Origin: Naegleria gruberi
Taxonomy: Eukaryota
DNA length: 64,000 nt
Reading direction: 5' to 3' (one strand)
Assembly: GCA_000004985.1 (NCBI GenBank)
Contig: GG738872.1
Shown: positions 12,201-22,340 of the stretch, piece after piece
Layout of the letters: each line of letters opens with the position of its first letter
Position numbering within the stretch: the first letter of the stretch is position 1
The notes under the pieces: model-generated
What the model was told of the DNA's origin: nothing
The model's database searches: none
What the model saw: only the letters and a program-made list of their open reading frames with translations
Program-made: the position numbers and the translations under genes

Positions 12201-12381
12201 TCAAAATGATGACCAAGCACGTAAGATTGTAAACAACATTAAGAATAATGTCAATTATCTTGCCACCTCAGATCGTCTCAATGTTATTGGTTACTCCTCC
12301 AAAGAACCAATCATGAAAAAACAATTCAAATTGGACAAGCAACAATTTACCGTTTTACAATCTAAAGTTTTCTCTCAATAA
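9266..12381 (+). CDS. VPS35L: VPS35L (retriever complex subunit), 3 exons: 9266-9282, 9408-9780, 9829-12381 (about 980 aa)
   Basis: Spliced N-terminus MPEFEW|KPKLRNYKAEN parallels the VPS35L N-terminus (…FPW…RNYKAE). Conserved HPL/DPL (PL) motifs in the N-terminal tail. Strong blocks such as KSLKIVIKCSKIL, QFYPSMFVL and LDTFGKLVY match VPS35L as I recall it from memory. Introns have GTAGGT and GTATGT donors and AG acceptors, and exon lengths sum to a multiple of 3. Confidence 0.75.
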
Positions 12382-12800
12382 TAAATTTATTCTATTTTAA
12401 CAAATTTCTAGAAATAATATTTAATAATAATAGAAATAATAAATAATAATATTAAAAATTAACAAATCTGATCCATTGATCCTGAATAGATAATATTATC
12501 TCCAATAATTAACATTTAATTTACTAGAATACTATCTACCATTTAAACACCTCAATAAATTTTCTAAAACCAAACTCAAAGGTCCCACAATGGAAAACTG
12601 ATCGTTCCTTGATTACTCCTACACTTCTCCAATCAGCCAATCAATAAAACAGTTCGGATTGTAAAAACATCCGTCAGTTGTTTTTTAACCTTCAAGCAAT
12701 GTCAAACTCACTATCACAGCAGCGATGTTTCACTTTGCGCAACAGAATTTTTTCACACCTTCTTTTGATACTCAGCCTCTTGAATTGACCATTAAAAAAA

Positions 12801-13667
12801 ATGAAGTCAATTATCTGTGTCACACTTTTGCTCATTGCATCAGTTTGTTTCGTCAGTGCTGCTCAACACTGTCTCAGCAATCAATTCACTGCTTCCATCT
12901 TGTTGATGGATCCAAAGAAGGTTTGTGTTTGTACTTTCGAATAATATTTTTTATTCTAATTTCTAATGCGATTTTCTTTCATACAACAATCACTTGTGCT
13001 TTTTAACAATATGATAATTTTTACAATATCGATTCCATGATATTCGAAATATTTGCAATATAACAACAAATTTTAAACTATACGATCAATCACATTTGAA
13101 TAATAATCTAAATAATTCATCTATCACAACAAAAAACAGCGTTACGACGACTTCCACAAGGTCTACTTTGATGAATATTCCCAACAACAAAGAATTGATA
13201 TTCACGAATTGGATCCTAATGATAAGCACGTTTCCATCTTTTTGAAGCACAACATTGCCAAGATGTACATTTATGATCAAACTGCCAACACTTGTACTTC
13301 TCACCCACTCGAAGGTAAATTGCCAGCCTTCTGTTTGGCTAACAATGCTACCAAGGTTGATCAAATCACTATTGGTGGTTCCTTGAAGGCTGATGTCTGG
13401 GAAGAAAAGGTCTTTGGTTGGACTTCTCGTTTGATCTTGGCTGCTGATTCCTACATTCCAATTAACATCTTGTCCAAGGGTGGTCATTTGAATAATCATA
13501 TTTTCGAAGAGTGGTTGGACGTAAAGAACACCATTGAATCACCAGCTGTTTTCCAATTGCCAACTGCTTGTTTGAATGTTCAAGATAACAAGAGAAATGC
13601 TGCTGCTCCAGAAGCCTTGTTGAATCAAGTTGCCAGACTCAATGCTCCATTCACTAAGAAGCTCTAA
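12801..13667 (+). CDS. secreted hypothetical protein, 2 exons (12801-12920, 13140-13667; about 215 aa)
   Basis: Exon 1 encodes a signal peptide (MKSIICVTLLLIASVCFVSA) and ends at a GTTTGT donor. The acceptor AG at 13138-13139 restores the frame into ORF 13209-13667. No family assigned. Confidence 0.5.
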
Positions 13668-13939
13668 ATGATAATGATTGAATGTTAATCATTTTAAATA
13701 AAGCTTTTTGAAAGAGTATTTTCAATTTGAAGTATATATGTATTGATTGTTAATTTATGAAATTCTTAATGCTTAAAAGTGAGAAAATTATTGAATTGTA
13801 AATAGATGACAATACAGCATTTGATCATCACAAAAATAAGTATTTAAAAAATTCAAACAAATAATTTTTAAAAATTTAAAAAAACAAGTTGAAGGAGAAC
13901 CTTCCGATATCAAAATTATCATCAACATAATAGTAAAAT

Positions 13940-14467
13940 ATGAGTGAATTAAAAGATGCTCTCGATTTAAATGTCATGGTACGATATCTGAGATTTTCAA
14001 CATCTTTGGGAAGCTTTGATGTCGAACTCTATACACACCATGTTCCTATGGGTTGTAAATACTTTTCCGATCTTGCTTTAAGTGGATACTACAATGATAC
14101 ATTGATTCATACCATACAACCTAACCATGTTTTTATTGGTGGAGATCCAACAAATACAGGAAGAGGAGGAAAGGAATGGAATGGATATTTACAGGAAATT
14201 CCTACAAGTAAATTGAAACATACAGGAGCTGGAATTATTGGACTTTGTGAGAATTCACAATTTTACGTGACATTGTCTCCTTCACCTTGGAATGATGGAA
14301 AATATTTACCAATTGGAAGAATTTGTAAAAATATGAAAACGATAAAGAGTATTTCACTTGTTCCTGTTGGAGGAGGAAGTAATGGTGAAGAGGATTCGAC
14401 AACACCACTTGAGGAAATAATGATTTATTCCATTCAAGAAATTGAATCTATTGCAGAAGAAGAATAA
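13940..14467 (+). CDS. cyclophilin-type peptidyl-prolyl cis-trans isomerase (PPIL3/CWC27-like)
   Basis: FSTSLGSFDVELYTHHVPMGCKYFSDLALSGYYNDTLIHTIQPNHVFIGGDPTNTGRGG aligns with the cyclophilin core (…GDIDIEL…P.aC.NF..L…YY…FHR…gF..QgGDPTGTGrGG). Confidence 0.75.
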   Translation: MSELKDALDLNVMVRYLRFSTSLGSFDVELYTHHVPMGCKYFSDLALSGYYNDTLIHTIQPNHVFIGGDPTNTGRGGKEWNGYLQEIPTSKLKHTGAGIIGLCENSQFYVTLSPSPWNDGKYLPIGRICKNMKTIKSISLVPVGGGSNGEEDSTTPLEEIMIYSIQEIESIAEEE

Positions 14468-14612
14468 ATTTAATTTTTGAAATTTAATTTCAAATTAAAT
14501 TCATTCTTTAATAATTAATATTAATATTAGCATAGTCATAGTACCTTATTTAAGGAGGATTAATTTTAAATATTATGAAATAATTAATTAATATTTCACT
14601 ATTTAAAAAAAA

Positions 14613-15578
14613 ATGACTCGATTCATTATCAATCTACCTGATGAAATTATTTTTGAAATACTCATGATGGTTTCGAATTCAATTCCTTCCATGATGAATT
14701 TAGGAATGTCTTGTTCATCATTTTGGGAATTAATAACTCAACGAGGAACACTATTATGGACTAGTGTATTGGAAAATATGGCTGATCAAGATCCGAGCCG
14801 TTTTAAAAGGAAAACAATTTCCCTGTTGTATGTACCAATGTTGCCAACAGACAAGTGCCAGAAACTATTAAGAGTTATTAGACACCAATATCGATTTGAA
14901 CTCAAAAAGAAAATTGTCTCAGCAGCAAAACAACTTGAATATCAAGATAAGGTTCTCTTTGTGGAAACTGTAAAATTTAATGATGAGATTACTATGAAAT
15001 TGGTTAATTCAGTCATTGGATCTATAAAATCCTATTATTCACCAGAAAATTTCGTTAACAAATTTGGTGGGTCTATGGGGGTATTATGTGATTTTCTAAG
15101 GCAGCACCAAATGGCAAATTTTACAATAGGAGAAGTAATAGATCATTTCTATAAAAAAAAGAATGCACACAAACATTTAAATCCAAAAGTCAGAGATGAA
15201 ATTTCAGAATTGTACAAAGAATTTACTATGAAACATGTTGCACAAGGTATATACAGTGTTTTACCACTGTTGGGATTTGCAAAGAATGCAGATGATGCTC
15301 TCCTTCTATTAACGTTTATTTATCTTGAATGTCCAATATATGAAACACTAAATCCTAATAATACTTATTTTCCAATGGAAACATTTACAGGATTCGAGTT
15401 GGATCAGAAGAAAGTTTTATTGGGAAAACCTTTTTTGGATATTATTCAAAATCATCTGACAAAAGTTTCTTTATGCTCAAAAAAATTGGATAATATTACA
15501 ACTATTCAACAAGCCATCTCTCAATTCAATGATCAAGTTTATGGACCAACCAAAGTACTTCACTTTGAAATTTTGTAA
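14613..15578 (+). CDS. F-box-like protein (321 aa)
   Basis: N-terminal LPDEIIFEILMMV F-box signature. Remainder has no recognised domain. Confidence 0.5.
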   Translation: MTRFIINLPDEIIFEILMMVSNSIPSMMNLGMSCSSFWELITQRGTLLWTSVLENMADQDPSRFKRKTISLLYVPMLPTDKCQKLLRVIRHQYRFELKKKIVSAAKQLEYQDKVLFVETVKFNDEITMKLVNSVIGSIKSYYSPENFVNKFGGSMGVLCDFLRQHQMANFTIGEVIDHFYKKKNAHKHLNPKVRDEISELYKEFTMKHVAQGIYSVLPLLGFAKNADDALLLLTFIYLECPIYETLNPNNTYFPMETFTGFELDQKKVLLGKPFLDIIQNHLTKVSLCSKKLDNITTIQQAISQFNDQVYGPTKVLHFEIL

Positions 15579-15922
15579 ACTTTGTAACCGTATTTCAAAA
15601 ATGTTCCTCAACGAATTTTCCTTTTCACCAAGCACCAAAAACAAGCTGTTTCGTATTAAGCATCTAACGGTTATTTATCATACCTATCACTACAATAAAA
15701 ATCTTCCACAGTTGTCAAGTTGGCTTTTTTGAGCGCTCGCATGAAAAAGCTCAATTATAAAACATTCAAAAAAATAGGAAAACTTCAAATTTATCCACCA
15801 TCACATTGTTTTGAAAGATTTTCATCATTACTGTTAATTTGGTAGGTTGAAAGATTTAGGATAACGTGTTGATTATAACTTTTATCCGTGTGATGATCAT
15901 AAAATCATTTTAATTTCATAAA

Positions 15923-17009
15923 ATGTTTAGTAGTATAAAGATGACATCGGAAAGTGTAGTAGACTCAAAGATTGAGCATCATCATAATTGTAAAGATCAT
16001 CATCACCATCATGGTGATGATTGTTGCAAAAGGTCCAATGATCATAAAGAGTGCCATCACGATAATACCAATACAAAGCATATTCATCATCAAAATCCAA
16101 AAAGGAAGAGAAATGGATGTGCTATTTGTGGGTTAATGCAAATTATGAATCCATTCCCTGCAACTGGTAATGTTGATGATTATGAACCAACTAAATTTGA
16201 GGAAGCAATGAATGTATTGACTCATTTGTTGCCAATAGCCATTTTTACATACTTTTCGAATAGAATGTTTGTGGAAAATTTGGTCAACTCATCAGAAGAA
16301 ATGTTTGTGGCATTGGTTTTTTGTATTGGGATGTGTATTTTGTTTCTAGTTTCGAGTACTTATCATTTTGTTTGTCTAATTTATGGAAAAAATCACCCAA
16401 ATGTTGATTTTTTCAGATCTATGGATTATGCCACTATTTATGTGAGTATTTTCTAGTATTATTCTTTACTAATTTATGGAATATTTTGTCAAGATTTTCA
16501 TTGGTGCCTCCTATACACCATGGTTGGCTCTGGTTCCACTTGGAGAGGATGGAACGTTTGGAAAAGGTTTTGCAGTTTTGGTGTGGAGTATTGCAGTTAT
16601 TGGACTCATCAAATCTTACAATACCAAATTCTTACCTCAAATTGAAAGTGTTGTCTTGTTGAATTTGATGGGTTGGGTTGCTATTATAATTATTCCACCA
16701 GCTCTATTTACACACGTTCCAATTGAGGCTTTTATTTTCTTATTGATTGGAGGTATTTTCTATTCGGGAGGATGTTTCATTCTCAAATATGGAGATGGTA
16801 GAATACCAGCAGCTCATGCCATTTGGCACATGTTAGTGAACTGTGGAGTGTTATTCCATTTCCTAGTAATGGAAGTTTATTTGATTAAATTGGATACACA
16901 TTTTAGACCTGGTGATGAAATGCCACTCATGGTCTATGAACAAGTGATTGAGGCATGGAATTCGAATAGAACTTGGCACTTCCCAGCCTTTAATGTTTTG
17001 TATAGATAA
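15923..17009 (+). CDS. PAQR/hemolysin-III family 7-TM protein with a His/Cys-rich N-terminal extension; 2 exons (15923-16441, 16494-17009; 344 aa)
   Basis: PAQR signature motifs: E-x2-N-x3-H (EEAMNVLTH), S-x3-H (SSTYH), D-Y-x2-I-x3-I-x-G-S-x2-P spanning the splice junction (MDYATIY|IFIGASYTPW), and C-terminal HxxxH (HAIWH). GTGAGT donor at 16442, acceptor AG at 16492-16493, frame preserved. N-terminus is HHHNCKDHHHHHGDDCCKRSNDHKECHHD. Confidence 0.75.
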
Positions 17010-17157
17010 ATTAAGTATTTTGGTACCTAAATTTGTTGGAAGACATTCCAAGGAAAGTAGTCTAATATTTCATTCTCAAGGCCATTCATATCATTAATTC
17101 TCAATATTGTAAACATTGAACTAACATTTAAAAAAGTTCATACAAGATTATAAAAAA

Positions 17158-18067
17158 ATGCAACACAACTATCCTTTCCGCAAGTCGCTTAGAATTTTCC
17201 TCCTCTCCCTCATTTTAATCTTCATTGGTGTTATAGTTGTGAAAAGTTCAACTGTGTGGATAAGCGTAGTGACGAAATTCTACAATTCCTCCGTTATGAA
17301 ACTGATAGGAATTTGTGGTGTTTGGTACGTTAATGTTCCTATGTAAATAATTATTCTTTACTTCCATTTGTTAAATATATTTAATGATTGAAATTAAAAG
17401 CTCAATTCCTGAAGGAAGAAATCCATCACAAATTTACGATAATTTCATAGTGAATAGCATGGAACAGAATATAAATGTACATTACTTTGCATTGAGTGAG
17501 AATCAGGCCCCATTGGTAACAACGAATACTGATCAACAATTACAAGTGATAATCGATCAGGTGGTGAGTAAGCAAACTATAATTGTCATTTCGAGTGAAT
17601 CCTACACGACGAATATTCTCTTTTCTATCACTGACAAGTACTCAATAGTGAAGAGTAACTTCCTTGCCAATATTCAATATATTTTGGTTAATTCAAAATT
17701 TAAGGCAACTTTCAAGTTTAAGGATGAAAGTCTTTCTTCTCAGATAACTGTTAAATACTATTGTGATGATTTGTGTGGAGCTAATACATTTATTTCAACT
17801 AAGGATGCTTATATTTGGAATAGTGGAGGATCAACTATGGAATTGGAAATGAGACAAAGAATTGGAGCTAATTATACTACATACATTGGGTGTGACAAAT
17901 CTTCCAGTTTTACATTTATGAATCCAATTAATGAGTGTGAAAATGGTGACACTAATTTAATCATTACTGTAGTGTTATCTGTAGTTTTAGGTAGTTGTTG
18001 TTTGGCATGCCTTTGTACGTGCTTATTTTCTATCCTAGGTTGTTTAATTAAGTTGGCCCTTAATTAA
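17158..18067 (+). CDS. hypothetical membrane protein, probably 2 exons (17158-17324, 17401-18067)
   Basis: N-terminal signal/TM (LRIFLLSLILIFIGVIVV) and C-terminal Cys-rich TM (VVLSVVLGSCCLACLCTCLF). Candidate GTACGT donor at 17325 and AG acceptor at 17399-17400 keep the frame. Splice not otherwise supported. Confidence 0.4.
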
Positions 18068-18127
18068 TAAAAGGAATCAAATTACGGATATGGATTATCA
18101 GAACATTATTTTCATAATGAATGTGCT

Positions 18128-18198
18128 CGTCTCGTGGTGTAATGGTAGCATAGTGGACTTTGAATCCATTGACGGAGGTTCGATTCCTCCCGAGACGG
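18128..18198 (+). tRNA. tRNA-Gln (anticodon TTG)
   Basis: Cloverleaf readable by eye: acceptor CGTCTCG/CGAGACG, anticodon stem GTGGA/TCCAT with loop CTTTGAA (anticodon TTG), T-arm GGAGG-TTCGATT-CCTCC. 71 nt. Confidence 0.8.
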
Positions 18199-18261
18199 TA
18201 ACGTGGCGAGCCATAAGTTTTACATCTTAGGTATTTACGTTTATCTCCTCAAAAATTCCAA

Positions 18262-18412
18262 ACTTGCGATTGAGAGGATTCTATTCTTTTCCTGCTTGAT
18301 GAATTACAATAATTACTACATGAATTTCTTGGTATTTAAGGTAGTTCTAGTTGTAGATTTATAATATTAAATTCCATTCAAGCTCACTTCTCTGCAGAAT
18401 ATTTCTTGCTTC
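18262..18412. repeat. left arm of a diverged inverted repeat (partner at 25086-25258 in opposite orientation)
   Basis: 33-bp perfect match (18376-18408 = reverse complement of 25091-25123: attcaagctcacttctctgcagaatatttcttg). Flanking about 120 bp align at roughly 75-80% with indels (shared blocks gattgagagg, cttgatgaat, gtttaaggt, gatttataatattaaat). Confidence 0.6.
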
Positions 18413-18972
18413 ACACTCAATGATGAAATTGGAGAGAAAGGAGATTTATCTCCTCAATCTTATTATAAACTTACGCTTAAGTGGGGTAATTATTAAGGTG
18501 TTGGCAATTTGGCTTGAGAAGATTGAAGGACTTGAACATGGTTGTCAATTCTTATTAGATACCAGCTCTGCTCAACCAACCTTGCACATTTCTTTCACAA
18601 ATGTTGTTGCTGCTGTTAATCCTCAAAATGGGCAAATAATGAGAACAACAACTTTCAATTTAGGCTTTAATCTTTCTCATCAATCATTTTTGACTGTGGG
18701 AAGAGATTTCTTGGCGATTCCACTTGCCAATTCAGTTGTTATTCTTGACAAACTTACTTTCAGATTCATTTGGTTGGAAGAAAGGGAAATATATTTCATA
18801 ATACTCAATGTCTTCATGTTCAAACTTGATATCAAGAGATACCAATTCATTCTTCTTGACATGTAGGAATTATGACGGATCATACACAGCATTAAGATAT
18901 GACGTTTCAAACACCAAAGTTAATACCAATTCAATGCTTGGCATTCCACGTGTTTGTTCCAATTAAATTCCT

Positions 18973-19015
18973 GTAGATGTTTATGATTCACATTTTGGTA
19001 ATGATGCTACGATCT
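18973..19015 (+). repeat. 5S rRNA upstream-element/5S-start-like fragment abutting the assembly gap
   Basis: gtagatgtttatgattcacattttggtaatgatgctacgatct closely matches the sequence immediately upstream of, and running into, the 5S gene at 40977-41030 (gagatgtttatgattcacattttgagtaaatgattggctacggcc). Confidence 0.5.
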
Positions 19016-19065
19016 NNNNNNNNNNNNNNNNNNNNNNNNNNNNNNNNNNNNNNNNNNNNNNNNNN
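19016..19065. other. assembly gap (50 N)
   Basis: Run of N. Preceded by a 5S-like repeat fragment, consistent with a repeat-induced gap. Confidence 0.95.
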
Positions 19066-19268
19066 TTCACAAGCATTCCAACCTTCAGATTGTCTTAAAT
19101 GTTTACTTCATTATGGTATAATTCTTTTTTAAAAGAATAGCCACCTCTGAAATGGAAACTGTTAGGAACTTATACTGAACTTTGTTAATTACTGGGCTGT
19201 CTAATTACTAGTAAATTATAATACGTTTTTTGTAATCTATCTAGTAGTTTGTTAAATTCACGAAAAAA

Positions 19269-20732
19269 ATGGCATCCACACTTCCCTCGCGTCTTGATCA
19301 TTTGCCGCATGAGATTCTGTTCACCATCTTTCAATATGGCTTGGATCCGTACACATTATTCAAGCAAATTATTACCTTTCGACATGTAAATAAAACTTTT
19401 TACGAAATGACCAATGATCAAGACTTTTACAAGGTGCTTTTTGCTGATTTGAGACCTAAAGATACAACATTTGATTATTTTCCTACACATGCCTTCATCG
19501 ATCGATTATTGTTCCGAACCCATAGGGACACTTTTAAAGATTGGACTTGTGAGGAATCATGCAAACCTGCCTATGAAACTCTTAACGGAGAGTTGATTAG
19601 CTATGAATATGAAGATGATGGCAAGGAAAATTTATTTGAAAAGTTTTCAGAGTGGTTGAATCAGGCCTATTCAAATTGTGACAATGTTCTATTGAAAATG
19701 TTGATTCAACTGTGTTTGGGAAGAGAGATGATTTCTCATTTGGGAATTAGCAAAGTTGGAGTGTTGATTGAATTGTTTTTTGAAAAGTTGTTGCAACCTG
19801 CTATTGAGTTGGTCAATTCATGGAATGAAACACCGAAAGAAATGGAATGGAGAGAGGATTTGGTGTTTAATATGAATTTATTGCAAGTGATTGGAACAGA
19901 GAGTTTATTTGGAGAGGATATTGCAGTCTGTTGGAGTGAACTAGATGGAATTGCTTCGTGTATTCCAAGAAAATACTTGTTATTCATTGCTGAAAAGTTT
20001 AGAGACATTGAATTGTTGATGAATGATTCGACTAGAACATGCATGGTTACTCAAATCATGAAAATATTGAGAGATTGTGGAATTAAAGTTGAAAGAATGA
20101 GATTTAGTGATATTGGCATGCATGTGAATTATCAGAGAACTGATGCAACGGATAGAATGATCCCAAAAATAGCAAAGAGCTTTTACTTGCAACATTTAGC
20201 AGTTTGGATTAATAGTCCATCATTGCTGGAGTGGTGTTTAACTGTTGGTATTACATCAGATACCAATCTTAAACATCTTTCCAATAATCCGTATTTGGAT
20301 ATTTCACTTCAAGCTCATGTGAATACATACATTCACGATGCATGTGGCTTGACAGCTCTTCATTATGCTGTTCATAGTGGAAATGTAGAAATATCAAACT
20401 TGCTGATCAAGAAATATTTGGCAAACCCATTTGTGGAATCAAGAATTTCGCATTGGGGAAACCTTACACCATGCATACTTGCACAACTTGGTGAATCTGA
20501 TTCAACAATACAAATGATTTTCAAATCACTTGAAGAAAAATATGGAGATATCAAAGTAACTTTCGATAGAGACGATGAAATTGCCAAGGATGTTGAACAA
20601 TCAAATGATTCTCACAAACTTTCTCTTGAGAAAATGCGCGCAGATGTTTGGTATGAATGTGGAGATGATTATTCTTCTTCTGTTAGAGAGAGAAGGAAGA
20701 AACAGTTTATAATAATGAATTCAAAATGGTAG
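19269..20732 (+). CDS. F-box / ankyrin-repeat protein (487 aa)
   Basis: N-terminal LPHEILFTIF F-box signature. Ankyrin repeat consensus near the C-terminus (GLTALHYAVHSGNVEISNLLIKK). Confidence 0.6.
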   Translation: MASTLPSRLDHLPHEILFTIFQYGLDPYTLFKQIITFRHVNKTFYEMTNDQDFYKVLFADLRPKDTTFDYFPTHAFIDRLLFRTHRDTFKDWTCEESCKPAYETLNGELISYEYEDDGKENLFEKFSEWLNQAYSNCDNVLLKMLIQLCLGREMISHLGISKVGVLIELFFEKLLQPAIELVNSWNETPKEMEWREDLVFNMNLLQVIGTESLFGEDIAVCWSELDGIASCIPRKYLLFIAEKFRDIELLMNDSTRTCMVTQIMKILRDCGIKVERMRFSDIGMHVNYQRTDATDRMIPKIAKSFYLQHLAVWINSPSLLEWCLTVGITSDTNLKHLSNNPYLDISLQAHVNTYIHDACGLTALHYAVHSGNVEISNLLIKKYLANPFVESRISHWGNLTPCILAQLGESDSTIQMIFKSLEEKYGDIKVTFDRDDEIAKDVEQSNDSHKLSLEKMRADVWYECGDDYSSSVRERRKKQFIIMNSKW

Positions 20733-22033
20733 AGACTCTAAACGGTTTCGATTATGAATTTGAGGAAGTTATGGAAGATATTTCAGATGAGTCAGACAAT
20801 GAATATGGATTGTCTTACGAATGGATCAAAAGTCAAGTTCAAGACCAAAGTTCTTTGAAACGTAAGAGAAATTCAAATCATGATTACTACCTGCATAATG
20901 AGAGCTTGAGAAAAATGAGAAAACCTATTGAAGAATTCGAGAAGGTTCAATGGAATTCTTCTCAAGTTGAATTTCTACATGAAACTGATCAAGCCAGTCG
21001 GAGTGATGAATATGATTATAAGCATTGGCCCTTTATTAAAATTATGAAAAGAAAACCAAACTCCATTGAGGGAAATGAAGAGGAACGCGAGGAAGGACAT
21101 ACCGCGGATGAAACAGAGGGAAAAGATGAAAATGAAGAAGAAATAGACGAAAAAGAAGAAGAAAATGAAACTCAACAAGACGAAAAAGAAGTGCTGAATA
21201 TTGGTCCTGAGTTCATTTTGAGAAAAGATTTAACAGTTCCCAAGGAAAAAATGGATTTACTTATCAATGAAGTTCTAAGCAGTTACAAAAGTGGATCATT
21301 CATCATACCGAACGCTAAAATGATGATTCAACAAGCTGCTGAGAACATTGTCTCGTATAATTTCACAATTTCTCAAGATATCTCTCAATTTTGTGGTAGA
21401 GATTATGTTACTAGAAATGATGTAGCCTTGGCTGGTTATTTAGTTTCTTCCAAAACAAACCCTAAAATCCATCATTTCTATTTTGGCAACAGAACGAAAA
21501 CACTCAAATCACACAGAGATGAATTTGTTGAAAATCTGAATATTAGCTCAAAACATATAACAGATCAACTTGGTAAATTAATCCATGACGAATCAATTTT
21601 GAATGCAATAGTGGAAATAATTTCTGAACAATTTGAAAATACCTATTTAACTGAAATACAAGACGAGAAGATTGATCCAAATTATGATGGACTAAGTAGT
21701 GACTCTTCTGAAGGTACAAATTATAGTGAAGATAGTATGCTTTCTAATGTGTGTTTTGAGGAGACTTGTTATGGATTTGAGGTTAATAATTTTGATTTAT
21801 GTTATTCATCCATAAGTGCAAAAGACTTACTCAATGAGAGAAAGGCATGTATCATTGTTGAAAATGATGACTATTTCACAGTACATGAAACTGAAGGACG
21901 TACTGTTTATGAGAATGAGGAAGTAGATTTGAGAACTCGAGTGATTTACACAACTGATAGAGACGAAGCTCTCAATTGGATTGATAATGCTTCAGGTTTT
22001 CACTTCCCTCCAGATGAGGAATATTTAGATTGA
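20726..22033 (+). CDS. acidic hypothetical protein (435 aa) with a histone-fold-like segment; start ATG overlaps the stop of the upstream F-box gene (ATGGTAG)
   Basis: Glu-rich N-terminal half. The segment KMDLLINEVLSSYKSGSFIIPNAKMMIQQAAENIVSYNFTISQDISQFCGRDYVTRNDVALAGYL has helix-loop-helix spacing reminiscent of a histone fold. The 7-nt overlap with ORF 19269-20732 may instead reflect a frameshift within one gene. Confidence 0.4.
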   Translation: MVETLNGFDYEFEEVMEDISDESDNEYGLSYEWIKSQVQDQSSLKRKRNSNHDYYLHNESLRKMRKPIEEFEKVQWNSSQVEFLHETDQASRSDEYDYKHWPFIKIMKRKPNSIEGNEEEREEGHTADETEGKDENEEEIDEKEEENETQQDEKEVLNIGPEFILRKDLTVPKEKMDLLINEVLSSYKSGSFIIPNAKMMIQQAAENIVSYNFTISQDISQFCGRDYVTRNDVALAGYLVSSKTNPKIHHFYFGNRTKTLKSHRDEFVENLNISSKHITDQLGKLIHDESILNAIVEIISEQFENTYLTEIQDEKIDPNYDGLSSDSSEGTNYSEDSMLSNVCFEETCYGFEVNNFDLCYSSISAKDLLNERKACIIVENDDYFTVHETEGRTVYENEEVDLRTRVIYTTDRDEALNWIDNASGFHFPPDEEYLD

Positions 22034-22340
22034 TCATCAAGATTTTTGTTAATTGTTTCAATTTACTGATTAATTTGGCTCACGAATGTTGGTGTCATTA
22101 ATTGCCAGATCGGTTAGAGACACTCCTTGAGGCTGTAATTGAGCACTTGTGGCCAATCCACCATCTCCACTATGTAACTATGTACAGGTGTTCCAGCACC
22201 ACTGTTGAGATGTCCATTAGGTTGGACCTTTGAGATTTTTCTATTTTGATAATATGTCATCGTTGGAATTGACAACAACAACCTTAGGACTTCTTAATTG
22301 TGAATTAAAGTTTTCATCATATTCAAGTTAGAGATTATTA

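Noticed and set aside
18420-18866. 148-aa ORF between the left inverted repeat and the gap
   Set aside because: Hydrophobic, low-complexity translation with no recognisable start context or homology. It lies in repeat-adjacent DNA and is probably non-coding.
22080-22250. U6 snRNA identity for the GC-rich island (ATGACACCAACATTCGTGAGCC resembles the U6 3' region)
   Set aside because: The invariant ACAGAGA box and the U6 5' stem-loop are absent. Only a short 3' similarity, insufficient for a call.
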